From NCBI GenBank assembly GCA_050613775.1, contig JBODTK010000101.1, positions 434,001-498,000 on the forward strand: 64,000 nt of DNA, written 5' to 3'. The notes below the pieces were generated by a model that saw nothing but the letters and a program-made list of their open reading frames with translations, searched no databases and was not told the DNA's origin. Origin of the DNA: Neocallimastix sp. 'constans' (taxonomy: Eukaryota). Each line of letters opens with the position of its first letter. Position 1 is the first letter of the stretch. Below, piece after piece: positions 41,288-60,743 of the stretch. Both the position numbers and the translations under genes were made by a program.

Positions 41288-42058
41288 TTTTTTAAAAAAA
41301 AAAAAAAAAAAGAAAGAAAAAAGTGGAGATATGTTATGGAATAGAATGGAATAAGAAACATAATGAATTGAATAAATGAAAAAAAGTTAATAATAAAATT
41401 TGGAAAAAAAAAGATGGAATAAAAAATGGATAGAATATGGATTAAAAAAAAAAAAAAAAAAAAAAAAAGAATAATACATTTTACAGGAAAGTCGTTAAAA
41501 AGAAAAGAAAAAAAAGCAAAAAAATTTTTTTTGTACTTTGACCAAATTTAAATTATAGGAAAAAAACTTAATTTATGATAAATTTAAAACGTTGAGATAT
41601 TTAAAATATAATAATAAAATAATAATAATAATAATAAAAAAAAAAAAAAAAATGAAAAATGAAAAATGAATCATCAAAGATAATAATAATAATAATAATA
41701 ATAATTGTAATGGATAAATTTAAAATTAGAATTTATATTACAATAATTATGATCCTCCCTTTAAAACAAAAACAAAAACAAACAAACAAAAAAAAATATT
41801 AATTCTGGAAATTATATTTGATATTGGACTGTGGAAAATTAAAAATCAAAAACTAAAAATAATAATAATAATAATAATAAAAAAATAAAATAAAATAAAA
41901 AAAGAAAAAATTTAAAACCTTCAGAAAAAAAAAAATAATAAAATAATAATAAATAATAATAAATAAATAAATAAATTAATAATAAAATAAATAAAAAAAT
42001 AAATAAAAAAATAAAGAATATATAAAATAATATAAGAGACAAAAAACCAAAACCCAAG

Positions 42059-42100
<42 letters not shown>

Positions 42101-42135
42101 TAATAAAATAATAAAAATTAATAGATATCATACCC

Positions 42136-42188
<53 letters not shown>

Positions 42189-42599
42189 TAAATAATAATT
42201 ATAAAATATGAAAAATATATATTTGTTGGAAAAAATGTTAAGATCCTTTTCGATTTAAAGGAATAATAATAACAATAATAATAATAATAATAATACTAAT
42301 AATAAATAATACTAATATTATTAATAATAAAAAAAAGAAAAAAATATATTTTATATAGTAATCAGTTAATATATAATATATAATTATATATTTATATAGT
42401 TTCAATTTTTTATTTTTTTTTTTCTTCATTATATATTACTATTTTATTTTATAAAAGGAATATATTAATATGAACTATATAAATATTTTTATAATAACAA
42501 TACTATTATTTATTTTAATAATTCGTAAATAATATAATATTTAATAATACCTAGTAAATAAATAAATAATAATAGTAATAAATAAATAATAACAATAAG

Positions 42600-42649
<50 letters not shown>

Positions 42650-42938
42650 ATTAATAATATTTTGTATTAACAAATATTAGTTTACTATAGTTTTTATTTT
42701 CTTTTATTTTCTTTACTTTATAATGATAAAATAATAATATTAATATTAGTAAGTTAATTATCAATATTATTAATATTAATATCAATAAAAAAAAATTAAT
42801 AATAATAATAATAATAATTAAAAAAAAAAAAAAGTAAATAAATAAAAGTAAAAATAAAAATATCCCCTAAAGAAATATTTTTTTATACCTATCTTATTAT
42901 TATTCATTATTGCTAAAATAAACAATTATTATATAAAT

Positions 42939-42969
<31 letters not shown>

Positions 42970-43149
42970 TTTTTATTTTTATTTTTATTTATTTATTTAT
43001 TTATTTTTTTTTTCTTTTCTTTTCTTAAATAAAATTATATATATATATATTATATATTTATATTTATATTTATATTTATTTTATTTTTTTCTATTATTAT
43101 TACTCAAACTCTCCTTTTTTTTTTTTTTTTTTAATTATTATCTTAACTC

Positions 43150-43180
<31 letters not shown>

Positions 43181-43715
43181 CCTAACTCTACCTTTTTTTA
43201 TTATAGTTAATAATAATTATGAAATTATCATTTGATTTTTTTAAAAGTTATTTATTATAAATATACATATTTTACATATATATATATATATATATTTTTT
43301 AAAAAAAACATAAATATAAATATATATATATATATTTATTTATAATAATATCACTATATATATTCTATAGATATATAATATATGTTTTTTAAAATTTATT
43401 TCAAATCTATAATATAAATGATAATATTTTATATATACTTATATTAAATACACTTTATTTTTTCTTTTTTCTTTTTGTTATTAATAATAAATATTTTATC
43501 TATTTTCTTGATTATTTTTATTTTTTTTTTTATTATTATTAATATATTGTTACTATTACTATTATTATTATTATTATTATTTTATCATTTTATTTTTTTT
43601 AATTTTTTATCTTTTATTTCGTATTTTCTACTTGTTTTCTTTTTTATATATTTTAATTTCTTTTTTTATAATGATATGGAGTGTAATAAACTCAATATTA
43701 TATAATATCAATAAA

Positions 43716-43746
<31 letters not shown>

Positions 43747-44510
43747 CTTTTTTTTAAAAAAAAAAAAAAAAAACAATTAAAATAAAAAATAATAAAAGAA
43801 TTAATCATATATAAAAATATTTCTCTTTGTGTATATTTGGTGTAGTATTTAATAACGAAAAAAAATATATCATATTTCTAATAAATAATTGAATGTCTAA
43901 AATAATTAAAAAAAAAGAAAAGAATTTTAAAAGTTAATTAGCTTTCAAACTCTTTTTTTTTAATTGTTAACCAATCCTAAAAAAAAAAAAAACAACTACC
44001 AAAAAATTAAAATAATTTTTTTTTAATCTTATTTTAATTTTAATTTTAATTTTAATAAAAAAATATTTAATTATTTATTTAATTAAACAAATTGGGACAA
44101 AAATTTTAAATTACATAATAAATGTATAAATGTATATTTAATATGTTATAAAACATAATTTTATTGGCTACTATTTAATTAAATTTTATTTATTTATTAT
44201 TTATTTTATATTTAATTTTCGATATCTATTTTTTATTTTCTATTTTTTATTTTTTATTTTATATAAATATTTATATTTTACAGAATTTTAAACAAACAAA
44301 CAAGCAAACAAACAAATAAACAAACAAATAAATAAATAATTATTAAAAAAAATAAATTATTATTAAAAAAAATTATAAAAAATAACTAAAATTTAATTTA
44401 TTTTTGTACTATGTATATACTGAAATAACTGTATGCTAAAAAACGACATTCTTGAATATTTGAACTGACATTAAATTAATTTATGAAAGAAGAAATATTT
44501 CTTATTGAAA

Positions 44511-48970
<4,460 letters not shown>

Positions 48971-48994
48971 TAATAATTAAAAAAAAAAAAAAAA

Positions 48995-49440
48995 ATGAAA
49001 TGAAATAAAATAAAATAAATAGTTGAAGTAATATAAAAACATGTAAAAGTATAAATAAAAAATAAAATAAAATAAAATACGATAAATAGTGAAACAATAT
49101 AAAACATGTAATGTATTAATAATAAAATAAAATAAAATAAAATAAAATAAATAGTGAATATAAACCATGTAAAGTATTAATAAAAATAAAATAAAATAAG
49201 ATAAATAGTAAAGTAATATAAAACATATAAAAATAAAATAAAATTAAATAATGAAGAAATATAAAACATGTAATGTATTAATAAAAAATAAAATAATATA
49301 AAATAAATAATGAAGAAATATAAAACATGTAAAGTATTAATGTAATGAAAATAAAATAAAATAAAATAAAATAAAATAAGATAAATAGTAAAATAATATA
49401 AAACATGTAAAGTATTAATGAAAATAAAATAAAATAAAAT
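48995..49440. repeat. Degenerate ~60-bp tandem repeat (~7 copies, core ATATAAAACATGTAAAGTATTAAT)
   Basis: Recurrent AAAACATGTAA cores separated by (AAAAT)n, immediately 3' of the PIN gene. Confidence 0.8.
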
Positions 49441-49527
49441 AATATATATAATAAATTACTTCTTATTTTTAATTTTTTGTTTATTTTTTATTTATTTATC
49501 TATTTAATTTTTTTTTAAATAAAAAAA

Positions 49528-49562
<35 letters not shown>

Positions 49563-50298
49563 GATATTAATAAAAATATATTAATTTAATTATTTACTAA
49601 TATATATAATATTTAATATAAGAAAATTTCTTTAATAAAAGATGAACAATGTTCGTAATAAAATTTTTTTTTAGAGTAATAATTTTAATTTTTCTTTTTT
49701 TTTTTTTTTCTTTCTATTATCGGTCAAATAAATTCTATTATTAACAAAATTTATTATATAAAAATATATAAATATTATTAAATAATTTTAAATCATAATA
49801 TATTATATTGTATTGTTTATATTATTTTCTTAGATTTTGTAAAATCAATAAAAATTATTCAATATATAATGAATAATGAGGATAATAGTATATAAATTAT
49901 TAATTTATTTCTAAAAAGTTTTTTTTTTTTTTTTTAGAAGGTTATAGCAAATCGAGCAATGTATGCTTGTATATAGCAACAAAAAAATATGTGACCAAAA
50001 GAAGATAAGATACAACCCATGGCGAAGTAGATTCAAATATAAATATACCTTTAATTAGGCTATAGAATTAGGTAAAGGGGTGGCAAACTTAAAAATTCCA
50101 ATTAATCTAGAAGTAATTGTATGGATATGGAAAAAGAGCAAAACACCTAGATTTGAAGAATTATAAGAATATTTAAATATTTAATTAAGATACAAAATGG
50201 TAAGGAATAGACTGATTTTTTTTTTTTTTTTTTTTTTTTAACATAAAATAAATTGTTGTTTTTAAAAGGTAATGAAGCAAATTTTGGATTTAAAAATA

Positions 50299-50346
<48 letters not shown>

Positions 50347-51632
50347 GTTTGAAAATAGCAGTTAATAAAAATCTTGAAGGTATTTTAAGTTTTAAAAATA
50401 TATTAAACCGATTAAAATATTTTAATTTTTTGAAAAAGAATGGTTATGAAGTTGATATTGGCAGGAATAAGTTTCTAATCCAAATAATATCTTATATTAT
50501 ATATAAATTATTAATATTTTTTATTTCAAATTAAAAATAATCCTTTCTCTATGAATCATTATAAAAAAAATTAATAATAAAAAAAAAAATAAAAAAAATA
50601 AAGAAAGTTAATAACATATATGATTAATTAAAATTAAGTATATGAATAATTAAATAAATAAACACACATTGACAATAATATAATATTACAACACTAAAAT
50701 CTCATAAAATTTCCCACAATATATTTAATATGTTTTAATTATTTTATATATTTAATAAGGATAATAATATTACTAATAATAATAATAATAAATTCATATG
50801 ATAAAAATGAAGGATTTAAAATTTTTTTATTTTTATCATGAATGAGAGAAATAAAAAAAAACTTATAAAAAAAAAAAAATTATTTGTACTAAATCACTAA
50901 ATATTTTCACATGTTAAAAAAATTTTTAAGAATTTTTTTTAGCAAATAATTTTTTTTTTTTTTTATTAAAATAGTATAAAGATATAAAAATTTTTTTAAA
51001 ATAAAAATAAAAATAAAAATAAAAAAATATTTTTTTGTGTATAAATCAAAAATAAAAAGAATTTTTTTTTTTTTTTGTAATATGTGAAATTATATACTAA
51101 AACTTACATAAAAAAATAAATAAATAAAAAATAAAGTACATATAAGACTCTTAAAGAATATAAATTAGGAGTTTAGAAATAGATTTTAGAAACCAACCTT
51201 GTTTAGAAAGTAGATTCAAATATTTAAAATGTGATATTTTTAAAATGTAATTTTAAATGCTTATAAAAATATAATATAATATGCTATATTATCAAATATG
51301 TTAACTTTAGGAAAGTTAACAAAATTATATTAAAATAAATAGTGATTAATATAAATAAAGATAATAAATGAAAAATAGAATATAAAGCCTATAAAAAAAA
51401 CTTATATAAACATTTTTATGGAATTATTTATTTCGTAATTATATTAAATATTTTATTATAAATAAATATTACTTTTAATAATTAAAGTTTTATATATTTA
51501 TTATTTATTATGTTTTCTTGTTATTAATTAATTATTATTTTAAATTTATTTAAATAATAAAAAAATTTGTATTTAAAAAAATATATATATATATATTCTT
51601 CAAATATAATATTTTTTGATTATTTCATTATC

Positions 51633-51674
51633 ATGTAAAGCCCAAAATATAATAATAATAAATAATAAATAATA

Positions 51675-51749
<75 letters not shown>

Positions 51750-52569
51750 GGATTTTTAATATAAACATTTAATTTTCCAATATTTTAATTTATTATAATT
51801 ATGATAAAGAAAAGAAATAATAAAATTTTCCTTTTCAACAAAAATATTTAATTTTTTTTTTTTTTTTTTTTTTTTTTTGGTCCCAATAAATATATATTTA
51901 TTATTATTAATTTCATTATTATCAATGAAATATAAAACGTTTAAGGAATCAGTTATTTAATAATTTAATAATTTAATATTTCAAATTAATAAATATAAAT
52001 GTAAAGCCCAAAATAATAATAATAAAAAAAAATAATAATAATAAAAAAATGATAATGATAAAAAAATAATAATAATAAAAATAAGGATTTTTAATATAAA
52101 CATTTAATTTTTCAATATTTTCAATTATTATAATTACGATAAATAAAAAAGTTTGAATAAATTTATATTGCTAATGAACTATATGTAATTAGATGCCACA
52201 AACGTAATTTTTAATATCTATTGATTCTCTTTTCTTTTTTTTTATTTTAAATAAATATTGAAAAAAATACATGTTTTTATTTTTCATATCAATATATATA
52301 TATATATATTATTATGAAGGAAATTCTATAATAAAATTTTCCTTTTTAAAGATTTTTTATTTATTTTTTATTTTTTTTTTTATTTTTTTTTTTTTTTTTT
52401 TCAATTTTTAGTCCAAATAAAAATATATATTTTTATTATTAATTTTATTATTATCTATGAAATATACAACATATGTAGCATCAGTTATTTAATAATTTAA
52501 TAATTTAATATTTCAAAATAATAAATATAGATGTAAAGCCTAAAAAATAATAGTAATAAAAACATAATA

Positions 52570-52611
<42 letters not shown>

Positions 52612-52936
52612 TATAAAAAAGGATTTTTAATATAAACATTTAATTTTTCAATATTTTCATTTATTATAATTATGATAAAGATGAAATTTTGAATAAATTT
52701 ATATCTCTAATGAACTATATATAATTAGATGTTACAAACGTAATTTTTAATGCCTATTGTTTCTCTTTCTTTCTTTCTCTCTCTCTCTCTTTTTTTTTTT
52801 TTTTTTTTTTTTTTATTATTTTAAATAAATATTAAATTATATACATGTTTTTGTTTTTCATATTAATATATATATATATTTTAATATGAAGGGAATTCTA
52901 TAATAAAATTTTCCTTTTCAACAAAAATGTTTGAAT

Positions 52937-52972
<36 letters not shown>

Positions 52973-53340
52973 CAATTTTTTGATCCAAATAAATATATAT
53001 AATTCTTATAAATTAATATATTAAAAATTTCATTATTATCAATGAAATATAAGATATATGTAGCATCAATTATTTAATAATTTAATAATTTAATAATTTA
53101 ATATTTCAGATTAATAAATATAATGTAAAGCCCAAAATAATAATAATAATAATAAAATAATGGTAATAAAAGATATAAAAAAAGGATTTTTAATATAAAC
53201 ATCATATTTTCTATATAATTTATTAATAAATATAATGATAAAAAATAAAGTTTTTGAATAAATTTATATTGGTAATGATCAATATATAATTGGATTAGCT
53301 CTTTACAATTTTTAATATAAACATTTATTTTTAATATTAA
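51633..53340. repeat. Degenerate large tandem repeat, ~370-590-bp units, ~3.5 copies
   Basis: The anchor ATGTAAAGCC(C/T)AAAA recurs at 51633, 51999, 52531 and 53123. Each is followed by an (AAT)n block and GGATTTTTAATATAAACAT; other blocks (CTAATGAACTATAT..AATTAGATG, TAAAATTTTCCTTTT) are also shared. Confidence 0.9.
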
Positions 53341-53631
53341 TGAAAATGTTTTTCTTTTTTCTTGTACAAATTATATAATTTTATATTAAAAATAGGTTTT
53401 ATTTATTTATTTATTAATAATTATTATAGAACTGATCCATTTTTTATTACTTTAGTATAATAAATAATTAAATATATTTAATATATATTAATATTCAGTA
53501 AGTTTTAAAATTATATGTAATTACATACCTTTGTTCATATGTTCATAATTTATAATAGTTCAAATTAAAATAGGAAGAAAAAAAGTTATAAGTTATTTTA
53601 AACTATCAATTTAGGTATTAAATACAAATAG

Positions 53632-53676
<45 letters not shown>

Positions 53677-54071
53677 ATAAAATAAAAATTATTATTATTA
53701 ATTATTTTATATCTATATTAATTTATATTCTATATTTTATACCTTTTTCTATAATTAATTAATAGTTATATTGTTTAATTTATTTATATATAATATTAAT
53801 ATTTTTATTTTGAATTTATCAAAATTACCATGGTATTGACATAATTTTATGATTATTTCATTTAGTATGTATATATATAAATATTATTTTCTAAATTAAA
53901 TTTTATATTGATTTATATTGATTTAATTATTTTAATTTATTATTTAATTTATTTATAAAAAACCTTTTTTTTTTTTTTTTTTTTTTATATATTTTTAAAT
54001 ATATTATTATTTTTTATAAAAACTATATAAACATTTTTTATTTATTTTTAATTAGAATGAATAGCATTAAT

Positions 54072-54144
54072 GAGTTTGATAAATGATGAATGGCAGTCCT
54101 CTTTATAATAAAGAGAACTGCCATTCATCATAATTAACAAACTC
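54072..54144. repeat. Near-perfect inverted repeat (hairpin)
   Basis: ATGATGAATGGCAGTCCTCTTTAT-A-ATAAAGAGAACTGCCATTCATCAT: 24-bp arms with 1 mismatch at 54083-54131, extendable by GAGTTTG/CAAACTC. Confidence 0.9.
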
Positions 54145-55284
54145 TTTAAAGATTATGGACTATATTATTACTTTCCTTACTTTAACATTATATATAAATA
54201 ATTAATTTAATTATATTAAAATTCATTAAATATATATATAAAAAAAAACTATTTACTTATTGCTAATATTGTATTATTGTATAAAGTATATATTTATATA
54301 AAGGAGGAATTAATTTTAATTTTATTAAAAGTTTATATGAGGTCAAATTTTCAAGTAAATATATTTATTTATAAAATCAAATAAAAATATGATTTTTGGT
54401 TTATCTGAAACTGATTATTTCTTCTACTATTAATTTTGTAAAATATATATTTATTTAAATTTAATATTTTAATATATGAAAAATATATATGAAAGACAGA
54501 TAAAAATAACTGATTATATTATTATATTAAATAAAAATATTAGATTATTCAAAAAATAAAAAATAAAACATAATAAATGAAAATTTTATAATTAAAAATT
54601 TATATTAGTAATTATTTTATTTTGACTCCATACATTAAAAATAAAAGAAAGATTAATAAATTAAAGTAATTTTTTTTTGGGGGGGGTAATATATTAAGAG
54701 ATTTTTTTTAATATTATTAACTACTTTAATCTTTATTAATTATGAATTTTTTTTATTTCAGCATATGCATAAAGTAGAAAAAATGAAAATTGCTATAATT
54801 AAAAAAAATATAATATTTTATTATAGAAAAATTTTCATTTTTTCTTTTTAATTTTCAATCATTTCAGTCGGTCTTTTATTATTATTGTATTAATTTTTAT
54901 TATCATTAATTATTATTATTATTATTAAATAAATAAATAAATTAGTAAAGAGGTTTACAGTTTATTTAGATTAAAAAAATAAAATTATTAGTCTAATGAT
55001 CAATAATGATAATAATTTAAATATTATTATTATTATTATTATTACTAAGAAACATTGTATTATCAATATATAGTATTATGAAATATTATTATTATGAAGT
55101 AGTATTTTGAAGTATAATTTATAAAGTTGAATTATTGATATAATTTTTAATAGAAATTATATAAAAGAGTTTTTTTTTTCGTAGTATTTTGGATATTTTC
55201 TTATTAATCGTATTATTTTTTTTTCTATTAATCATAATATGAATGTTTTTTCTGTATATAATATTTATTGAATATTTGTAATAA

Positions 55285-55316
<32 letters not shown>

Positions 55317-55842
55317 TTCAAAGAAAGAAAAAATATTTTAAATATCTTCATAATATATATGTAACAATTATTAAAAAAAAATATAATACTAATTTAATAT
55401 TGATAGACAAATTTTAATATATATAATATTATATAATATTATATATATATAAAACGTTATCAATAATACATAAATAATAATATATTAAAATGTTACTATA
55501 TTAACATATATAAAATTATATTAATAAATAAATAAAAATAAAAATAAAAATAAAAATAAAAATAAAAATAAAAATAAAAATAAAAATAAAAATAAAAATA
55601 AAAATAAAAATAAAAATAAAAATAAAAATAAAATAAATAAATAAATAAATAAATAAATAAAAATATTATTAGTTAATGTTAAATTTTTAAAATTTTTCTG
55701 AATAAGAAAAAAAAAAAAAAAAAAAAAAAAACAATTATTAGTTAATGTAAATTTGTAAAATTTTTCTGAATAAAAAAAAAATTATTATTATTATTATTAT
55801 TATTTTTTAAAGAAAGGTTTATGTTAATGTAGATTATTATAA

Positions 55843-55980
55843 AAACAAAATTAAACAGAATTTTGGATAATTACTATAAAAACAAAATAAAATAAAATTT
55901 TGTATAATTATTGTAAAAACAAAATTAAACAAAAATTTGTATAATTATAAAACAAAATAAAACAAAATTTTGTAAAATTC
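55843..55980. repeat. Degenerate ~35-bp tandem repeat x4 (AAAACAAAATTAAACAAAATTTTGTATAATTA)
   Basis: Directly visible. Confidence 0.75.
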
Positions 55981-56105
55981 AAATTCAATAATTAATAATT
56001 AATAACATAAATTAAAATTGAATAAATATTTAAAAATAATTTATTTTTATTTGTTGTTATTTCTTGTCTTTGTTTATATTATTAATATATATTTTTTTAT
56101 AAAAG

Positions 56106-56139
<34 letters not shown>

Positions 56140-58423
56140 ATAAAATTTTAAATATATATAATATAAAGAAAAGAAAAGAAAAAATTAAAAAAAAAAATAT
56201 AAATAATAGAATAATTAAAATTAATTAATGAAAAAAATATTATATACTAATTAATCTTTTTTCTTAACTAAAATCTAGTATTTTTTTTTAATGTATTTAT
56301 AAGTAATATACAAAGATTAAATTTTTAATAGAATATCTATCTAAATATAATTTTTTTCATATAAAAGCATACATAAAATTTTATAACACACCAATTTTTT
56401 AATATGATTTAACTTTATTTCAAATTAATACAATAATTAATACTAATACATTAATTATTATTATTATTATTATTTAATAATTATTTATTTATAATGGAAA
56501 TATTAATGTTTCGTATAAAATAGATGGCTGTTTTATTTATACTATTTTTGGTATTGACGTATTAAACTTTTTTTTTTTTTTTTCTGTTTTTAATTATTAA
56601 TATTGTTTTTAAAAAAATTTTTATTCTGCATTTTTTTGTAATTATTTAAATTTTATAAATTTCCCGAAGAAACTTTAATAATTATAATTTATTAATATAA
56701 AATAATAATTAGTTGTAAATTATTTTAATATGTATTAAATTTTATTTAATATAATTTTTTGTTATAAAATAGAATTTTATTTTTTAATAAAATATAAACC
56801 TTCATTTATTACAAACTACAATATGCATACTATTTTTATTTATATTATATTATATTTGTTTACATTACACTTTTATTAATTTATATTAATTTATCATAGA
56901 TATATAAGTTATATATAATTAAATTTTATTATTATTTTTATTTTTATTAACAAAAATTTTAATTTTTTTTATTGATGATCATTCATCTTAATTATTTTTA
57001 TAAAATAAAAAAATTATTTTTTTTTTAATTCTATTATGTTACATATATACTTCATTATATATAATTTTTTATTTATTATATATTTTGCTTATATATTATA
57101 TTACACTATAATTAATAAATTTTATTAAACTTTATCCTTAAAAGGCAAGGATTCAGTTTAAAATAGTATAATGAAAAGTTACACCAAGTGTAATATAAAT
57201 AATTAATTTTTGCTTAATATAGTTTACTTTAATTAGAAATAATGAAAAAAAAAACTTCTTTTTTAAAAAATTTTATTAAAAAAAGATAAAATATAAATAA
57301 TTAAATAAACAATAAAATATTATAATATTAATACTAAATAATAAAAAAGGATAAAAAATGTCAAAAATAAATAAATAAGAAAAATTATAAACAAAATTGA
57401 AAAAGTCAAAATACCTTAAATTCTTTAAAAATAAATGTTGGTTAAATATTAAATAAAAAGTATATAATTAAAAATTATAATATATACATACTTGCTATTT
57501 TTTTTCTTGCTTTAATATATTAATTCTTTGTCATTATATTTATGAAATAGATATTTTTAAAAAAAGTTTACTAAATTTTTTTTTTTTTAATTTTTGTATC
57601 ATCGTTATTGTTTCCAAAATTTTTGTTAAATCTATTTAAATATATGATTACTTTTTTTTTTTTCTTTTTATAGACTGAATATATATATATTATTACATAA
57701 TATTGTAAAAATTTTTCATATAATAAATTTCAAATAAAATTGATAAAAGTATATATAAAAAAAAAAAAAGAATTAAAATTATAAGATAATTTTTAATATA
57801 TTTTTTTTAATATTATTACAAAATGTTTAGTATTCTTTTCCTCTTATTGGTGTATTTTAATTAATTCCATATTATTATTGGTCCATGGTTTTGGATTCAA
57901 TTAAAAAAAAAATATTATTAAATATTATTAAAAGCATTTATCATTAATAATTAAATATTATTAATTATTAAAGTTATTAATTATTAAAATTATTAATTAT
58001 TTTTAAATATTATTAAAAATTAATAAATATTATTAAATAATTATAATTTATTCTTTTAATTGTATTTTATATCTAGAATTATATATTTAATTATAATTAT
58101 TATATGAATTTTATATTTATTTATTTATTTTAATAATTACAACATAAAATTTATATTTATTTTTTATTAATAAATAAAAATTATTAAGCTATTTATTTTC
58201 CAAGTCTACTTCATATACATTAGAAATAGTACAGTAAAAACAAAACAAAACAAAAAGAAAAATAATTAAAAAAAAAAATAAACTTATATTCATAAATTAA
58301 AAATTATATTTAAAAAATTATACATATTATCTATCTTTATATTTATCTCTATATATGTTATGTACTGTCATGAATTATGATTTTTTTCATTTTTTTTTTC
58401 TTATTTTTTTTTTTTGCTTTTAG

Positions 58424-58467
<44 letters not shown>

Positions 58468-58785
58468 ATTTAAAAAATGTATATCATTTTTATACTAAAA
58501 ATATTTAAAAATATAATTAGATGTATATTTATATACAATTTTCAAAATGAAACTAACAATACTAACAATATAATACTTTTTTTTTTAAGACTAATCTTTT
58601 ATATCAATTTGTATGCATTTAAAAATAATTAATATACTTTTTGGAATAACTAATAAATTCTAATAATTCAAAATTATATACATTTTCATATTAATGCATG
58701 ATTTTTAATTATTTAATATAATTAAAATTTATAGTTGTCGTATAGTTTAATCTTGGCTTTATTTTTTTATTTTTTTTTTTTTATT

Positions 58786-58988
58786 AATAGTAAGTAAAGA
58801 AAAAAAATCATGTTGAATCAATAATAAATAAAGAAAAAAAATCATGTTGAATCAATAATAAATAAAGAAAAAAAATCATGTTGAATCAATAATAAATAAA
58901 GAAAAAAAATCATGTTGAATCAATAATAAATAAAGAAAAAAAATCATGTTGAATCAATAATAAGTAAAGAAAAAAAAATCATGTTGAA
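58786..58988. repeat. 34-bp tandem repeat, six cores (AAAGAAAAAAAATCATGTTGAATCAATAATAAAT)
   Basis: TCATGTTGAA occurs at 58808, 58842, 58876, 58910, 58944 and 58979, with no unique spacers. Confidence 0.95.
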
Positions 58989-60743
58989 AGTTATTAATTA
59001 AAATTTTCTAATAATTAATACAATTTTTTATCTTATTTAAGTTTTATTTTTATTTTAAACATGACTCTATATTATTTTGTATACCATATTATTTTCATCA
59101 ATAATAAACTTTCTTCTATTATGGTTTAATTGAATAAAGAATAATACTTAACCAATGGTGATAAAAAATTATTACTAAATATTTAATATTAAAAATAATA
59201 ATTAAAAAGTTAAAATCAAAGATATGATTTCTTATATATTTATTATTTTAATAAATGAATCATTTCATTAATTATTTTTGTAAAAATTAAAAATAAATCA
59301 TAAACTACAACAATAATAAATAAATTAATATTTAAAAAGAAAGTATCTATATAAAAAAAAATAAGTATTTATATATTAAGTAAAGTTCAGTAACTTTTAA
59401 ACAATTATTATAAATAAAGTTCAATATATAGTTGTCATATTTAAAATAAAATAAAATTTTATAATAATAATAATTTTTTTTTGTCAAATTTTAAAATTTT
59501 GTTAATATATAATATTTTAATATATTATACCTTTATAATAGTATTATTAATATATTATGTAAAAAAATAAAAGTAAAAAAAAAAATTTACATATATAAAT
59601 ATATAAACTATAATAAGAAAATTTTTTTAATTAGCAAATTATATTTAATATATAAATGATTAGAATATATAACAAGAACATTAAATATATTTATTTACTA
59701 ATATTTTATTATTAATATATTATTATATATGATATTTAATAATATATTATTTATTATAATCTAATTTATGAATAAATAAAATGTGTAAATATAAACAAAT
59801 CACTCCACCTTTACTTTTCATAATATAAAACAATATAATGCATTTAATATTATTTAATAGAATTAATATAATTTTTTTTTAAAAGGTATAATAAACTTTT
59901 TTTTTATATATTAAACAGTATTTTAATATATAAATTAATATATTACCATATCCTTATTATGTATTACAGATAAATTAAAAATTATTTGTGGAATCTTTAA
60001 TATTACATATATAAACTTTAAATTTAATTAATTTACTTTATTATATTTATTATAATTATATTTAATTCAAATCCTTTTTTTTTTATAATAAAATACTATT
60101 TATATTAGATTATAAAGGTTTTTATTAACCATATTTAAAATTAATTCAATTATCCATTTATCAATATTTATTATAAATGTAATATTAATATATTATAATT
60201 AAATATCTTTTTTTTTTAAATTGAAATTTAATATATAAATACCTTTATATTTCTTTCATTAATTAATTTTTTTTTTTTTTAAAATTTAAAAAAGAAATAA
60301 AATAAAAAATTATAATAATAAAAGAGTAAAAAAAAAAAAGTAGAAAAAAGAAAAAATCTATTATAATTATTATTATAATAAGAATTTTTTTGTGAAATTA
60401 AAAACTAAAAAAAAAAAAAAAAAAAAAAAAAATTATCAAATAATTATTATTTATAAAAACATATTCTTTTTAAAATTAGAAGATTAAAATATTTCCATAA
60501 ATAAAGTAAATATAATATTTTCTTTTAATTTTATTAATGAATTTTTATTTCCTTTTTTTTTTTTTTTTTTTTTTTTTGAAAAATTTACAATAAGAACTAA
60601 AATATACTAATATATTTTATCTACATTTTTGTTTTTATATCTTTTATTCGACTATTTAATAGCTTACAAAAAGAAATAATAACAATAATACATTCATTTT
60701 AAATTCATATTCTTTTACATTCTTTTGACAAGATTAAAAAAAA

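Noticed and set aside
49940..50534. GC-richer patch and 93-aa ORF as a gene or Copia RNase H relic (GKRAKHLDLK)
   Set aside because: The frames have multiple stops and poly-T breaks, and one short motif is not enough to assign it. It is probably decayed sequence of unknown origin.
58786..58988. 34-bp repeat array as a CRISPR
   Set aside because: Units are head-to-tail with no unique spacers, there are no cas genes, and the context is eukaryotic.
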